Positions 12,312 through 24,341 of a DNA stretch of 42,303 nt are shown in pieces (within the stretch, counting starts at the first letter, position 1; each line of letters opens with the position of its first letter). Below the pieces are notes generated by a model. That model saw only the letters and a program-made list of their open reading frames with translations. It was not told the origin of the DNA and searched no databases. Source of the DNA: Octopus bimaculoides (lineage: Eukaryota). Where the stretch lies: contig NC_068981.1 in the NCBI RefSeq assembly GCF_001194135.2, positions 192,790,164-192,832,466 of the forward strand, written 5' to 3'. The position numbers and the translations under genes were made by a program.

Positions 12312-12732
12312 ATCATCATCATCATCATCATTATTGTTTAATGTCCACTTTCTGTGCTGGCGTGGGTTGGATGGTTTGACTTAGTCTGGTAAACCAGGAG
12401 GCTGCACCAGGCTCCAGTCTGATGTGGCAAGGTTTCTACAGCTGGATGCCCTTCCTAACACCAACCACTCTGAGAGTGTAGTGGGTACTTTTCACATGCC
12501 ACCGGCATGGGGACTAATCAGGCGGCACTGGTATCGGCCATACTTGAACAGTGCTTTTTATGTGCCACCAGCACAGGAGCCAGTCAAGCAGCACTGGCAT
12601 CAGCCACACACGAATGGTGCTTTTTATGTCACTGGCACCCGTGCCAGTGAAGTAGCACTGGCATTGGCCACGACTACGATTTCACTTGCTTCAACAGGTT
12701 TCCTCAAGCACAGCATATTGCCTGATGATTGA
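12312..12732 (-). mobile_element. RTE LINE 3' end: ORF terminus, 3' UTR tandem units and (GAT)n tail
   Basis: The minus strand reads RQYAVLEE.., then gcac.taaaaagcacc units, then cactacactctc..gaagggcatccagc and (gat)n. Confidence 0.8.
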
Positions 12733-13089
12733 TGGGTCCTTTAACTTTTTCAAGCTGGGTGGTACAAATAAAGAGTGCTACTTATTTGTATCAGTTTAAT
12801 GAGCGGTGGTACATAATTTATACTGAAACTTAAAATTCTTTTCATGGCATGGTTGGTAGCTCAGAAAACATACCACTACATCTATCAGCCAAGCAGAAGC
12901 TACTCTTACATCTGGCAACAATTTCTGTGACACAAATGGAATATTTTTTCAGTTCGATCCATTTTGTGCCAAAGGTCAGTCAATGAAAAAACAAGAGTAC
13001 AATTTTTGTTATAAATTGTTGCCCTTCTAGAGTTTTTTTGGGCCTATCTATCTCACTCCTGAAAGACTTAAATGGGTCCACAGTTACCA

Positions 13090-13572
13090 TCTCACTTGAC
13101 TTGCCGGGTCTTCTCAAGCACAACATATCTCCAAAGGTCTCGGTTGCTTGTCATTGCCTCTGTGAGGCCTAACGTTTGAAGGTTGTGCTTCACTATGTCT
13201 TCATCCCATGTCTTCCTGGGTCTACCCCTTCCACAGGTTCCCTCCACTGTTAGAGTGTGACACTTCTTCACACAGCTGTCTTCATTCATACATAACACAT
13301 AACTATACCAGCGCAGTTGTCTCTGTTGCACACCACATCTGATGCTTCTTATGTCTCTGGGTGCCTACACTCTGTCGTGTATTTACATTACATATCCAGC
13401 AGAGCCTACCAGCTTCATTTCTTGCGAGCTTATGCATCGCCTCAGCAGTCACAGCCCATGTTTCACTGCTGTGTAGCAGGGCTGTTCACACACATGCTTC
13501 ATACAATCTACCTTTCGCTCCGAGCGAGAGGTCCTTTGTTAACAGTAGAGGTAGGAGCTCTCTGAACTTTGC
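13090..13572 (-). mobile_element. RTE LINE ORF C-terminal fragment
   Basis: AKFRELLPLL..KGRLYEAC..SETW, then LRWYSYV...GRGRPRKTW...DLWRYVVLEKTRQVK*. Confidence 0.88.
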
Positions 13573-14502
13573 TCAGGCTATTCTTATTCTATATAAATGT
13601 GTGTGTGAGAGATTTGTGTCTGTGTTTGTTACCCACCATCTGAAATATTGAGATAACAACAAAGTTATCTACTTCATGGTTAGATAAAATCACAGCTTAT
13701 ACTAACTGCTGTCCACTTCTTTTCCTGTGTTTGTTCAGTCAACACACCACTCCTCAGCTTTACCCCTCCCCCTCCCACAGTACCTGTTTCTACTGTTGCT
13801 TCCTGCACCTAAGTTAAAATTATTACATGTTTGCAGAAGATCCGTTTAACAGTGAGACTTCAAAGTAAACAGTTACTATTAATACCAAATTAAGTTTCAA
13901 CTCTAGGAATAGAGTTTAAATCCTCTCGTTTCGTGCATGTCTAGTATATCAGCTACACACACACACACACACACCTACTCATGTAGTGAGAAGATATACT
14001 TGAGTGTGAATGTAAAGATAAAAGGATAAACTATTTCTCTGATTTGTTAATTCTCTAAATGAGGTATTAACAGTAACTGCACGATAAAGTGAAGTATATT
14101 GCCACTTAAATGTGGCTGACCAATAGGGGTGGATGTTACTGTTGCTTTTAGCCCCAGGAGGACATCTCCTCCAGCTGGCTTATCGACACACTTCTGTGTC
14201 CTGTTTGTTTTGCCATTGCTTTGTACAAAAGGCAGTCGTCATATGATATTCAATGCCACAGTGTACTTGAGTAAATACTATATACATATATTTACAGTCA
14301 CACACACATCTTTCTGTCAGTCTGTGGAGTTAATAGAGGGATACCTCCAGCTAGATTGACATGTACCCTGGTGAATAATTGATTGAATGTAATTTCATAC
14401 ATCATCATCATCATCATCATCATTATTTAGCATCATCATTATTTAGCATCTGTTGTCCATGCTAATATAGTCTAATTATTGAAGCATGTCCCTTAATTGT
14501 AG

Positions 14503-14577
14503 ATGTTTGCTGGAGTTATTCAAGCAAGTGGAACTGCCAGACACCAGAGTTTTGTGGAAAAATGTAAAAAATTTGAA
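14503..14577 (+). CDS. ACOX3: ACOX3 coding exon 3 (75 nt)
   Basis: tgtag|MFAGVIQASGTARHQSFVEKCKKFE|gtaagt; fits the F...+...SG+.RH segment of ACOX3. Confidence 0.9.
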
Positions 14578-14609
14578 GTAAGTGTATATGTCACTTTTAT
14601 ATCAGTGCC

Positions 14610-15190
14610 GTCATCATCATCATCATCATCATCATCATCAATTAACGTGCGTTGTCCATGCTGGAAGGCTGCACCAGACTCCAGTCCAATTTGGCATAGT
14701 TTATACAACTGGATGCCCTTCCTAATGCCAACCACTCTGAGAGTGTAATGGGTGCTTTTACGTGCCACTGGCATGAGTGCCATTTGTGTGACGCCAGTAT
14801 CTGCCATGACTGTGGTTTTACTTAGCTTGATGGGTCTTCTTCTCAAGCACAACATAATGTCAAAGGTGTCGGTCATTGCTCTGTGAGGACCAATGCCTGA
14901 AAGGAGCTGAATCACTTTTACCTCCATGAGGCTCAACACTTGAAGGGTACTTTTTACGTGCCACCTGCATAGCAGCCGGTTATGTAACACCAGCATCAGT
15001 CACGACTGCAATTTCACTTGGCTTGATGGGTCTTCTCAAGCACAGCATATCACCAAAGGTCTTGGTCACTAGTCATTGCCTCTGTGAGGCCCAAAGTCCA
15101 GAGATCATGCTTCACCACCTCATCCCATGTCTTCCTGGTCTAACTCTGCCACAGGTTCCCTCCATAGTTAGGGATTGACACTTCTTTGCA
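14610..15190 (-). mobile_element. Composite RTE 3' end with two ORF-terminus copies
   Basis: gggtcttctcaagcac..cattgc.tctgtgagg occurs twice (about 14830 and 15030), separated by a 3' UTR unit; (ATC)n tail at left. Confidence 0.7.
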
Positions 15191-15739
15191 CAGCTTTCAC
15201 AGTGTATATGAAAAATATAAAATCCTCACCACCACCATCTTTGTCATCATCATCATTACCATCACCACCACCCAGCTCCAACCCCACCACACTCCCATCA
15301 CCATCATTATTATCTTCCTCCTCATCATCATTGCTACCACCACCATCATCAAATTTGCTTGGCCCAGGAGAAACTTTTTAAATTCTGAAAGTGGGGTGTT
15401 TAGTTGGTGCCCTCACGAGAGAAAATTTATGTTGGAGACATGGAACTCCCCACTTGCTGACTAGTGAACAGAAGCCATACATAAGTTGGCCCTTTTCAGA
15501 TACAACTGGAACTTGTCAAAAGAAGATAACACCATCTTGCGCAGAAGAGGTTTTTGTTTTCAAGAATTTCATTTCGGGGTTTTATTTCACAACCTTGCTG
15601 ATGAAGACTGTATTCTTACCTCTGTTAATAAAAGAGGTTATGTGCCTCCAGTCAGCAGGTCTGATGACTTGCCTATATTGCTAAGAGCATAAGAGATGTG
15701 AAACCAATGGTAATTTTCTAACCAGCCATAGCCAACAAC

Positions 15740-16337
15740 TACATTAATAACATACATACATCATACATGTGATTAGCAGCTGTCCTAAAATGTTGTCATG
15801 GTACTACCTCCCTATGCGGCATGGTGTTGTTGCTAAAACATTTTACAATGCCATCCGCAAAAAAAAAACTGTCCTGAAATAAACTTAGAAAATCCTTCTG
15901 TTATGGAATACATTTATAAACACCAACTCAAGGAATACTGGTGGAATATTCCCATCAAAACTTCTGTCGAATGTAAACATAACAGGCTGAATATTGTTGT
16001 TTGGGACATTGGGGCAAAGGTATGTATTGTCAAAGAGGTCAGCTGCCCTTCAGATATAAATATCTCTTTGAAAATCAAGGAAAAAGAGGATATCTATGGA
16101 CAACTGATTCAAAACCTCCAGCTTTTATATCCAGACTATGAATTCATATTCATATCGATAATAATTGGAGCACTAGGTTTTGTTAGTAAATGCTTAAAGG
16201 AGAATCTTGATAAACTGGGATTTTCAGAAAGAGAAGTCGACCGGCTAATTCGTACATTACAAGTCCAATCTGTGAGTGGAACAGTAAAAATATGCAAGAC
16301 TTTTCCTAAGTTTCAAATGCAAATTTGTCTCTGTTAA
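15740..16337 (+). mobile_element. REL-endonuclease non-LTR retrotransposon C-terminal fragment
   Basis: HVISSCPK..YLPMRH.VVAK (end of CCHC knuckle), WWNIPIKTSVECKHNRLNIVVWD..KVC..EVSCP.D.N..K.KEK..YGQL...IIIGALG...GTVKICKTF. Confidence 0.82.
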
Positions 16338-16492
16338 CTACATCCCGAAGATGGCACCTTTTACTTTGTTGGAAACTAGCTCCATCCTTAGTGGAAGATT
16401 TATAATAATTAAAAAAATAGAAGAAATAACACACATACCCTGAAATCAGAAATTAGCTGTCCAGCAGATATTAACATACATACTGAAGGTCA

Positions 16493-16708
16493 GTGAAAAA
16501 GAGAATACCTACGCTAAACTATTGAGAAATCTGCATTTACTTTATCCAGATTACAAGTTCAGGCTTATACCTGTAATTGTTGGGGCACTGGGATATGTAA
16601 CACACTACCTAAATACCAATCTTGAGAAAGCTAATTCGAAGACTACAGATCCAATCCATCACTGGAACTGTAAAAATCTGTAAAACTTTCCAGAAGTTTA
16701 TCATTTAA
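16493..16708 (+). mobile_element. Second, diverged REL-element C-terminal fragment
   Basis: YAKLLRNLHLLYPDYKFRLIPVIVGALGYV...NLEK then LIRRLQIQSITGTVKICKTFQKFII*. Confidence 0.78.
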
Positions 16709-16794
16709 ATATGTATGAGCATGTCTAGATATGCAACTATATGAGAATACATACATAAAGCAAAACATACAAATCTTCACACATACATACATGG

Positions 16795-17123
16795 GTGACT
16801 CCCTTCGGTCATGAATGTCCATGGGATTGCACCTAGAAAGTTACTCTCCGAGGTACAAGTCCGGGCAAGGTTGTTTATGGAAGACCAGCAGTCACCCATG
16901 CATACCAGCCTCCCCTCTCCACACCACTGATGTTATCCAAGGGAAAGGCAAAGAGACTGATGCAGCTTGGCACCAGTGACGTCACAACTCATTTCTACAG
17001 CTGAGTGAACTGGAGCAACGTGAAATAAAGTGTCTTGCTCAAGAATACAACATGCAGCCCGGTCTGCGAACTCACAACCTCACGATTGTAAGCTTGACGC
17101 TCTAACCACTGAGCCATGCGCCT
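16795..17123 (-). mobile_element. tRNA-derived SINE type D, full length
   Basis: Minus strand: gcgcatggctcagtggttagagcg (A box), gtgagttcg (B box-like), ttcttgagcaagacactttatttc core. Related copies near 23330-23520 (-) and 30620-30900 (+). Confidence 0.82.
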
Positions 17124-17681
17124 TCACATACATACATACATACAAACCAACCGACCAACCAACCCTATTGTTGCTGTTGAAATTCAAATGATGGAGCCTT
17201 GGATCTAGGAAACTGGCTGTTTCTCTACTAGCAAGAAATCTTGAAATAAAACTGAACAATGACATACAAACATACATATATGGGTATCAAGACTATAGAA
17301 ACTTTAAAATACAAACAACAGAGTGGTAGAAAAAAAAATAAAGTTATAGGACAATGTAATCAAATTGGTTTTTATTCAGAAAACTTCCCTTCACTTCTTT
17401 CCTCATCAGAAACTTCTGTAAAAGTCTGCTCAAGAGTTCAGCATCTTTAATACAGAAAAATCTCCATCTCTCATGATCAGTCATGACTGAATTTGTGAAA
17501 GGAATCACAGTTTTGTTTTCACATGATGCTGTACTATTGTCATAATTCTTTACTCATATTCATCACAACATTATCATCATCACACTGTATAGTCAAGCAC
17601 TTATTCATATAACCTTCATATTGCTGTACGATTGTCACCACTGTACTGATACTGTTAATCGTTGTTGTTGTATTTCTGCAG

Positions 17682-17771
17682 ATATTTGGTTGTTTTGCCC
17701 TCACTGAGATGGGTCATGGCAGTAACACAAGAGCCATGCAGACTGTGGCCACCTATCAACCCTCAACGCAG
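17682..17771 (+). CDS. ACOX3: ACOX3 coding exon 4 (90 nt)
   Basis: ctgcag|[30 protein letters not shown]|gttggt; FAD-binding GCFALTE.GHGSN motif. Confidence 0.97.
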
Positions 17772-17940
17772 GTTGGTTTACAACACTTTCTATTTTATTC
17801 AGTTCCTTTTTGGTCGATGATGCTACTGTTGCAGTTGGTGTCTTTTGTTCTGTGTGACTAATCTATCCCCACCATCACCACCACCACCACCACATCATGT
17901 CTGTCATGTGACTGAGAGTCTGCTTTGTTCAAATTAATTA

Positions 17941-17974
<34 letters not shown>

Positions 17975-18468
17975 TATATCACGTACCGAATTCGATACAC
18001 ATGTGCATATATACACATTCTTACATATAAACATGCCTACATATGTATACCCATACACATGCGCATTCCTCATATTGATAAAGCATGAAAGAAAGATAGA
18101 GAGAGAGAATTGATGTTAGAAGTGCAGGATGGAAACTTTCTGAAAAGTACATATTTTTGTAATGAAATTTTGCAGAGATAGATTTTCAATGGGATAGATT
18201 GTGATTATGTTGATAGAATTTATTGAAATAATAACATATTTATTGCAAATATACAAAAGAGAAATTTGTGTTCTTTAATTTTATTTTAAGGTAATAAGTA
18301 TTTTTCTTTATAAAATTAGTATTCATTTCATCATTTTGTCTTAGCACCAAGAAATTTGATAGAAGTTAAATTAAAATTATCGTATGTAATTGGATATTAC
18401 CCATGGTAGCAAAAGCATACTTTCAAAGTTACCTGTCATATGATGGATAATATTTTAGAATCCATATA

Positions 18469-20096
18469 CCGTAAATCCTTGAGTATAATCCGCATTTTTC
18501 CTCCAAAATTTAAAGGTCAAAATCCCTAGTGTGTACTATATACGAGGTCAAAAATGAAAAATATTTTCTAAGTAATGTCCGAGTCTCTATTTGCTGTCCG
18601 GCAATGTTTATTCAGACGCATTTTGTGATGTCGGGTGCGAAAATACCTTAAGCTAAGCCTGAAAGCAATGAAGTCATAAAAGAATCATCCATAACTTGCA
18701 ATAAGCAACATTTATTAAAATAAAAGTATTCAGAATACAGAATAACATGTAACAAAAACAATTTGCAAACATATTTACATTACCATATAACAGTTAAGAA
18801 CATTACCATTAATGTATAGTGATAAATATGTAAAGGCAACTTAATATTTATTTTTCACTGACGTTAAAGTGCACAAAAAAGCTACACGTTTGCATTATGT
18901 TATATATATGTAACGGCAGGGATATGTTAACATTGGAGGGTTACCAGTTTGTAAGAACGACCGTGCGAACCAAAGGAGAAATGGTGACGAATGGAAAACA
19001 GGCTCCTTTTTAAACGCGTTGCACGGTCGACACAAAAAATATAATTATAATATGTTATAATACTATAACATAGAGAATTCACATGGAAATGCGAAGGAAT
19101 GCCAGTAAGATAAAAGATAGGAACGCAACCGATAAAGATGTATAACAGTAAGATTTATTGGAGCATTAAACTGTATGTCTGTGTGTGAGTGAATGCGACA
19201 TAATAAAACACAATGTAAGACAGGCCGTCATGTAAATAGAAGAGTATGTGTATGTAAGAGTCACAGTGTAGATAAGAGTTAGTAACACGGATAAGGCAAT
19301 ATCAGTTCTGTTGAGGTACACAGTTCGATTGTAGGTCTGTATGTAAGAGGTTAAGGTTAAGTCAGAGCTGTCACTTGTCATGATGTTGAGGCTTCAATGC
19401 CCGACCGGATTCTTAATACAGATGGGTTCTCGCAGATGTCGAATTCTGGCTGTTATTTTGTGGTGAGGCAATTCACACAAACAGGGTTGAGAAGAGAAGC
19501 TGTGGTTGCTGTTTGGTAGCTTGTGTACGTAGAGTCGTGTTGATGCTGGCGACGGTGCTAGTAGTACGTAGTTGAAGTGGTTGTTGATGTCGTCGCTGGA
19601 ACTGGCTGGTTGGTTGGTGCTGTGTTACGCGTGTGTGGTCAACGACCAGATCTGTGAGGATCTGAGCCGCGGATAATTTAGGCTATTTATAGGAAAATAG
19701 GGGCTCCAGAAAGCATTAGAAAAACACTCTCTCACGTGACCTTATTAGTGGCTACGGTTGGTTGGTTTGCGTCCTGGCGCGAACAGGAGTGGAGACAATT
19801 GCCGCTCAAATAATAGTCAGTCAGGTGATGACAGGGAAAGAGTTGTTTTCTGCTACGCTCGCATTTGTTAATATATATATACCGTGAGAGAGGTAGTTTC
19901 ACTACATATACAATAATAATAAAGGACGTTACCTTATATATATGTTTACAAACCAAGGACGTTATATAGACCTCCTTGACTCAAGTTAGAGAAGGGGTGC
20001 ATATTATACACAAGGTTTAGGTTTTTCAGAGGTACAGCCCCCTAAAAAACCCCTGCGTATTACACTCAAGGGCAGACTATACTCGAGGATTTACAG
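18469..20096. mobile_element. Tc2/pogo-like (Tc1/mariner superfamily) non-autonomous DNA transposon with a nested insert
   Basis: TA|ccgtaaatccttgagtataatccgc ... gcagactatactcgaggatttacag|TA; TIRs match 21/25, TA TSD, CCGTA terminus as in Tc2. Confidence 0.8.
18909..19966. mobile_element. Solo-LTR-like element nested in the Tc2-like element
   Basis: TGTAACG at left and gacgttac/gacgttata at right (19933 or 19966), (TA)n flanks, minus-strand TATA-like (tatttatag near 19684) and AATAAA (tttatt near 19154). Confidence 0.5.
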
Positions 20097-20330
20097 TATT
20101 TCATATTGCTTAAATGTAAACTCATATATTGAAATATGTTCACACTCTTTATATTATTGAAATTTAAATGTATATCTTTATTCTGTCATGTTATACAATG
20201 TTAAAATCTATTCATATATGTCTTTGTACTCATGTATTCCACATTGTTTGAATGTAAATACATCCTTCTGCACACACATTTCACATTTTTTAAATGTAAA
20301 ACTCTAATAAACACATTTCCCATTGTTTAA

Positions 20331-20544
20331 CCTTCAATTATTCAGATTACTATCAGACGTAATGCTTCTTGATTCACATTGTTTTGAATAAATCATGCAT
20401 TATCTTGTAGCTTCAAGGTTTTGATGATATGATTATTTTTACAACGACATTCTTGGGTAGGTATGAGAGACCAGATCTGGTTGGTTTGAGCTCAAAGCAA
20501 GTAGAATATTTGGTCCTGATGTGACTGGTTCAATTGCTAAAAGG
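20331..20544. mobile_element. Degenerate piggyBac-like MITE
   Basis: TTAA|cctt... and ...gctaaaagg|TTGA ends. Confidence 0.5.
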
Positions 20545-20694
20545 TTGAATATAAAAATGTCTATATTCCTATTGTTGAAATGCCAGTATATATCTTTATC
20601 TTTACACATTTCCTATTATTTAAACATTAGCACATATTCTAAGATTAATCCACTGATAATTACTTTAATTCATTTATAAATAATTTGCTTATAG

Positions 20695-20927
20695 GAATTC
20701 ATACTACATACACCACATTTGGAAGCTACTAAAATGTGGGTTGGTAACCTTGGTAAACATGCAAGCCATGCTATTGTCTATGCTCAGTTGCACACTCCAG
20801 ATGGTGTGAACCATGGACTTCATAGTTTTGTTGTTCCGATCAGAGATGTACACACAATGAAAGCATTACCTGGAGTTCTGGTTGGTGACATGGGATATAA
20901 AATTTCAATTAATGGCCTTGACAATGG
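20695..20927 (+). CDS. ACOX3: ACOX3 coding exon 5 (233 nt, ends phase 2)
   Basis: ttatag|EFILHTPHLEATKMWVGNLGKHASHAIVYAQL...HGLHSFVVPIRD...LPGVLVGDMGYKISINGLDN(G)|gtgaga; K.W.G and NG.DNG motifs. Confidence 0.97.
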
Positions 20928-21515
20928 GTGAGATTTTTTTCTCTTTTTCTATCTAAGGGTGGTTGTTGTTGTTGTTAGTTTAAAGCTGGCTGAGGGTACT
21001 GTCAGTTTGAGTGAGGAAATGAAGTGCTACAAGTCCTTTATTGAGAAAGAGAAGTGAGGGTTCTGTGTGTTATCCTGTGTTAGTTTGTTTACATCCTCAT
21101 CACTTGGTGGTTTCGGCAAAGAGACTGATAGAATAAGTTCTGGACTTAAAAAAAAAGAACAAGTACCAAAGTTAATTCATTTGAGTAAATTCTTTAAGGC
21201 AGTGCTCCAGCATGGCTGCAGTTGAATGACTGAAACGAGTGAAAGATGATCCATTTGGTCCTCTTCCTTTCATGACTGTTGCCACTGGGGCTGCTGCTGC
21301 TGCTGTTGTTGTTGTTGTTGGTGGTGAATGGAAATGTATTTCTGGTTCTGAATGAAGAAGTAACTAACAACACTTGTGAACAATTAACAGAATATTTTAT
21401 TACTGTACATAGTGTTTTATGTGTTGCTCTTTTACAAATACTAACAGCAATAATTACATTGTGGGAGAGACATACTGCTTGGGATTTACGACAAGCTTAC
21501 TGATATAGCAATCAT

Positions 21516-22005
21516 CATCATTATCATTGTTGTTTAACGTCCGCTTTTCATGCTGGCATGGGTTGGACGGTTTGACTGAGGACTGGTGAGCCAGAAGGCT
21601 GAACCAAGCTCAATCTGATCTGGCTAAGTTTCTACAGCTGGATGCCCTTCCTAACGCCAACCACTTTGAGAGTGTAGTGGGTGCTTTTATGTGCCACCGG
21701 CATGAGGGCCAATCAGGCGGTTCTGGCAATGCTCAAATGGTGTTTTTTATGTGCTACAACCACTACGCCATATGGGCATATGACATAGTGGTTAAGAGCG
21801 CAGGCCACTAACCCCAAGACTCCGAGTTCAATTCCAGGCAGTGACCTGAATAATAATAATAATAATAATAACAACAACAACATTGAAAAATACCTTAGGA
21901 ATGAGAACTCAGATTCGAAATTTCCCCAAGATGAGGACAAATATCCATCAAATGTAAATAAAGTAAATAATGTACATAATTCCTCATCTCTTAAATATAG
22001 AACTG
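21516..22005. mobile_element. RTE 3' end (-) joined to a tRNA-headed SINE (+), inside a 23-bp direct repeat
   Basis: aagct(t/c)actgatatagcaatcat at 21493-21515 and 22006-22028; head tgacatagtggttaagagcg..gagttcaattcc near 21780-21836. Confidence 0.7.
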
Positions 22006-23709
22006 AAGCTCACTGATATAGCAATCATTTTGGCTGGCCCCATCACAACTGGAAAATAATTGCACTATACCTGTGGCAACAAATATTCCTGTTCTGCTAC
22101 TTAACTGGCTAGATGTAGAGATGAACATGGAGACACAACATGTGGCTATCTCAACATTCTGCTATTACCACTAATAACCACCTTTATATATAGGGGTCAA
22201 TGAGAAAGTTCTAGAAAATTGAATCATGTGATGGCTTGATGCTGATTGATCACTTAACAGACCAATCGTATGAAACTACTGTGGTTTGATTGTGATGTCT
22301 GCATGATGACCTAATGATTCAGTTTTGAATCAACACTGCACAGTAATTGCTGTTAACGGAGGTGTCTGACCAAGTGCTTAGGGTTGATTAATTCCAGATG
22401 TGGCTGTGTGCTTAAGAAGTTTGCTTCCAAAGCACCTGAAACGCTGTTTTTGATGTCTTCACATATCCATTATCTTGTTTGAGGTACAGGGTGTTCTTAG
22501 ATCTGTCACATTGTTCTGGTAGCCTATTTATTTCATTTTAAAGGGTAGATACAATTAGGGAACATCATATAACAATATCAACAAATAATGCCTCCTGGTC
22601 TTTCTCCAAGAACTTGTAATAATAAGAATTGTTTCAGATTTTGGCATGAAACCAACAATTTTAGTGAAGTGGGTTAATTGATTACATTGATCCCCAGCAG
22701 TTGACTGTATTTTACTGACCTTGGTTGGATGAAAGCTAAAACTGACTTTGGTGAGATTTGAACTCCCAATGGAAAGAGTGGAAGAAATGCTATGAAGTAT
22801 TTTGTCCATTGTGCTAACGATTCAGCCAGGTCAAGGCCTTAATCATAATGCTTTCTGATTTTGGCACAAGGCCAGCAATTTTGATGAAAGAGTGTTAATT
22901 GATACTATCAACCGCATTATTTGACTGGTGCCTTTTTTTTTTTTTGAGGAATGAAAGGCAAACTTGATCTTGGTGGGATTTGATCTCAGTATCTTAAGAG
23001 CTAGAAGAAATGCTGCTAAGCATTTTCGTCTGACACTCCTCTCAGTTTTGGGCAGCAGATAAAATTCTGTGGGAATTGTAGGTCTTGGTTTTTGCATGGA
23101 TAGCTGCAGGGCAGCTCTTAGTAAAGCACATGGGTATTTTGGGACACATTTTTTGTTGTGTGAAGGATGTGAAAGGACAAATCTATGTAACTATTTCTGA
23201 TGTGTCAGGAGTGAAGTGTGTGCTGCCAATGATTATGGACTCCCCTGTCATAAGACAACAGATGAGGCTTCTGCAATTTCTTGCCAAACAACCACATAAA
23301 TAATTTGTTCATAGTGACCAAATGTTTGTGTTACAGATAAGCTCACTCTCTCCATCAAATCAACATTTTCTGTACAAGTGTGTACTACACACCAGACGTT
23401 GAAATGATCACAGAGCAACATGAAACGAAGTGTTTTGCTCAAGAACACAACACACTACCCAACCTGGGAATCGAAATCATGATCTTGTGATTGCAAGTGC
23501 TACACTCAAGTCACTAGGCCCTGTTCCTTGATGTACTGCTAGGGTTAATGAGTATAAAACTGGTAGAGATTCAACTAGTTGGCTGACATGAATGTGCTGT
23601 GAATATGAATGAGCTGTGAACATATGACAAATATTTTGTGTTGTGTCAATGCTTTGAGATGTATCCCATTTTATTGTAATGAGGTAAATATGTTTAATTT
23701 ATTTTCTAG

Positions 23710-23806
23710 GTTTGTTTCTTTCAACAATGTGAGAATCCCTCGGGAAAACTTACTCAATAAGAGTGCAGATGTCACTGTTGATGGGCAGTACGTGTCACCA
23801 TATAAG
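23710..23806 (+). CDS. ACOX3: ACOX3 coding exon 6 (97 nt)
   Basis: ttctag|(G)FVSFNNVRIPRENLLNKSADVTVDGQYVSPYK|gtaaaa. Confidence 0.95.
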
Positions 23807-24019
23807 GTAAAAACAATATCAATTCATACTTTGTTCTAAAAACATTGATTGCTTGGATTAGTGTTGTTCTAACTGTAATTGTTGGAATATTTGATGGAGT
23901 AGGATATGGTCTAGTCATCCATATTGTTAATCAGGTTGTACAGGAAAGTATGACACCCTGGTGACTGATGTTGCAGCATCATAATCAGCTGTTACAAGGG
24001 TAAAGGAGATGCCTGAGAT

Positions 24020-24251
24020 CAGTGGGTCTTGATCATTTTTCGCTTATGGACTCCTTTGATTCTGGACTCCCATCTTAAAAAATAAATCCTGTTATATTTG
24101 TATGATTAAATACTAGGAATTATATAAAAAAAATTGTTGCAATATTTTGTGTACTATTGATATATAACCAATTTATTGCTCATCTCATGAACTTTAGCAA
24201 AATCTTCCATGGGTCCCCAATGGTTATATGGACCCTGGTTGGGAACCACTG
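24020..24251. mobile_element. hAT (Charlie-like) MITE
   Basis: cagtgggtc... / ...ggttgggaaccactg ends; 8-bp flanks cctgagat / cctcagaa (6/8). Similar single ends near 26506-26519 and 34120. Confidence 0.65.
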
Positions 24252-24341
24252 CCTCAGAAATAATTACAGAGTTCAATGAGACATAACATAATGGTTGTAG
24301 TAAAAGTGGCTCAATATCTTTTAATTAATTATTTTAACAAT

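Noticed and set aside
17395-17420. Minus-strand CTGATGAGGAAA hammerhead-like core
   Set aside because: No room for stem II between the two motifs; likely chance.
21776-21846. Possible tRNA gene
   Set aside because: A and B boxes are present but I cannot form a full cloverleaf, and it continues into a SINE body.
22195-22330. Mariner-like end (ta|taggggtcaatgagaaagttc)
   Set aside because: No matching second TIR was found, so it is not supported as an element.
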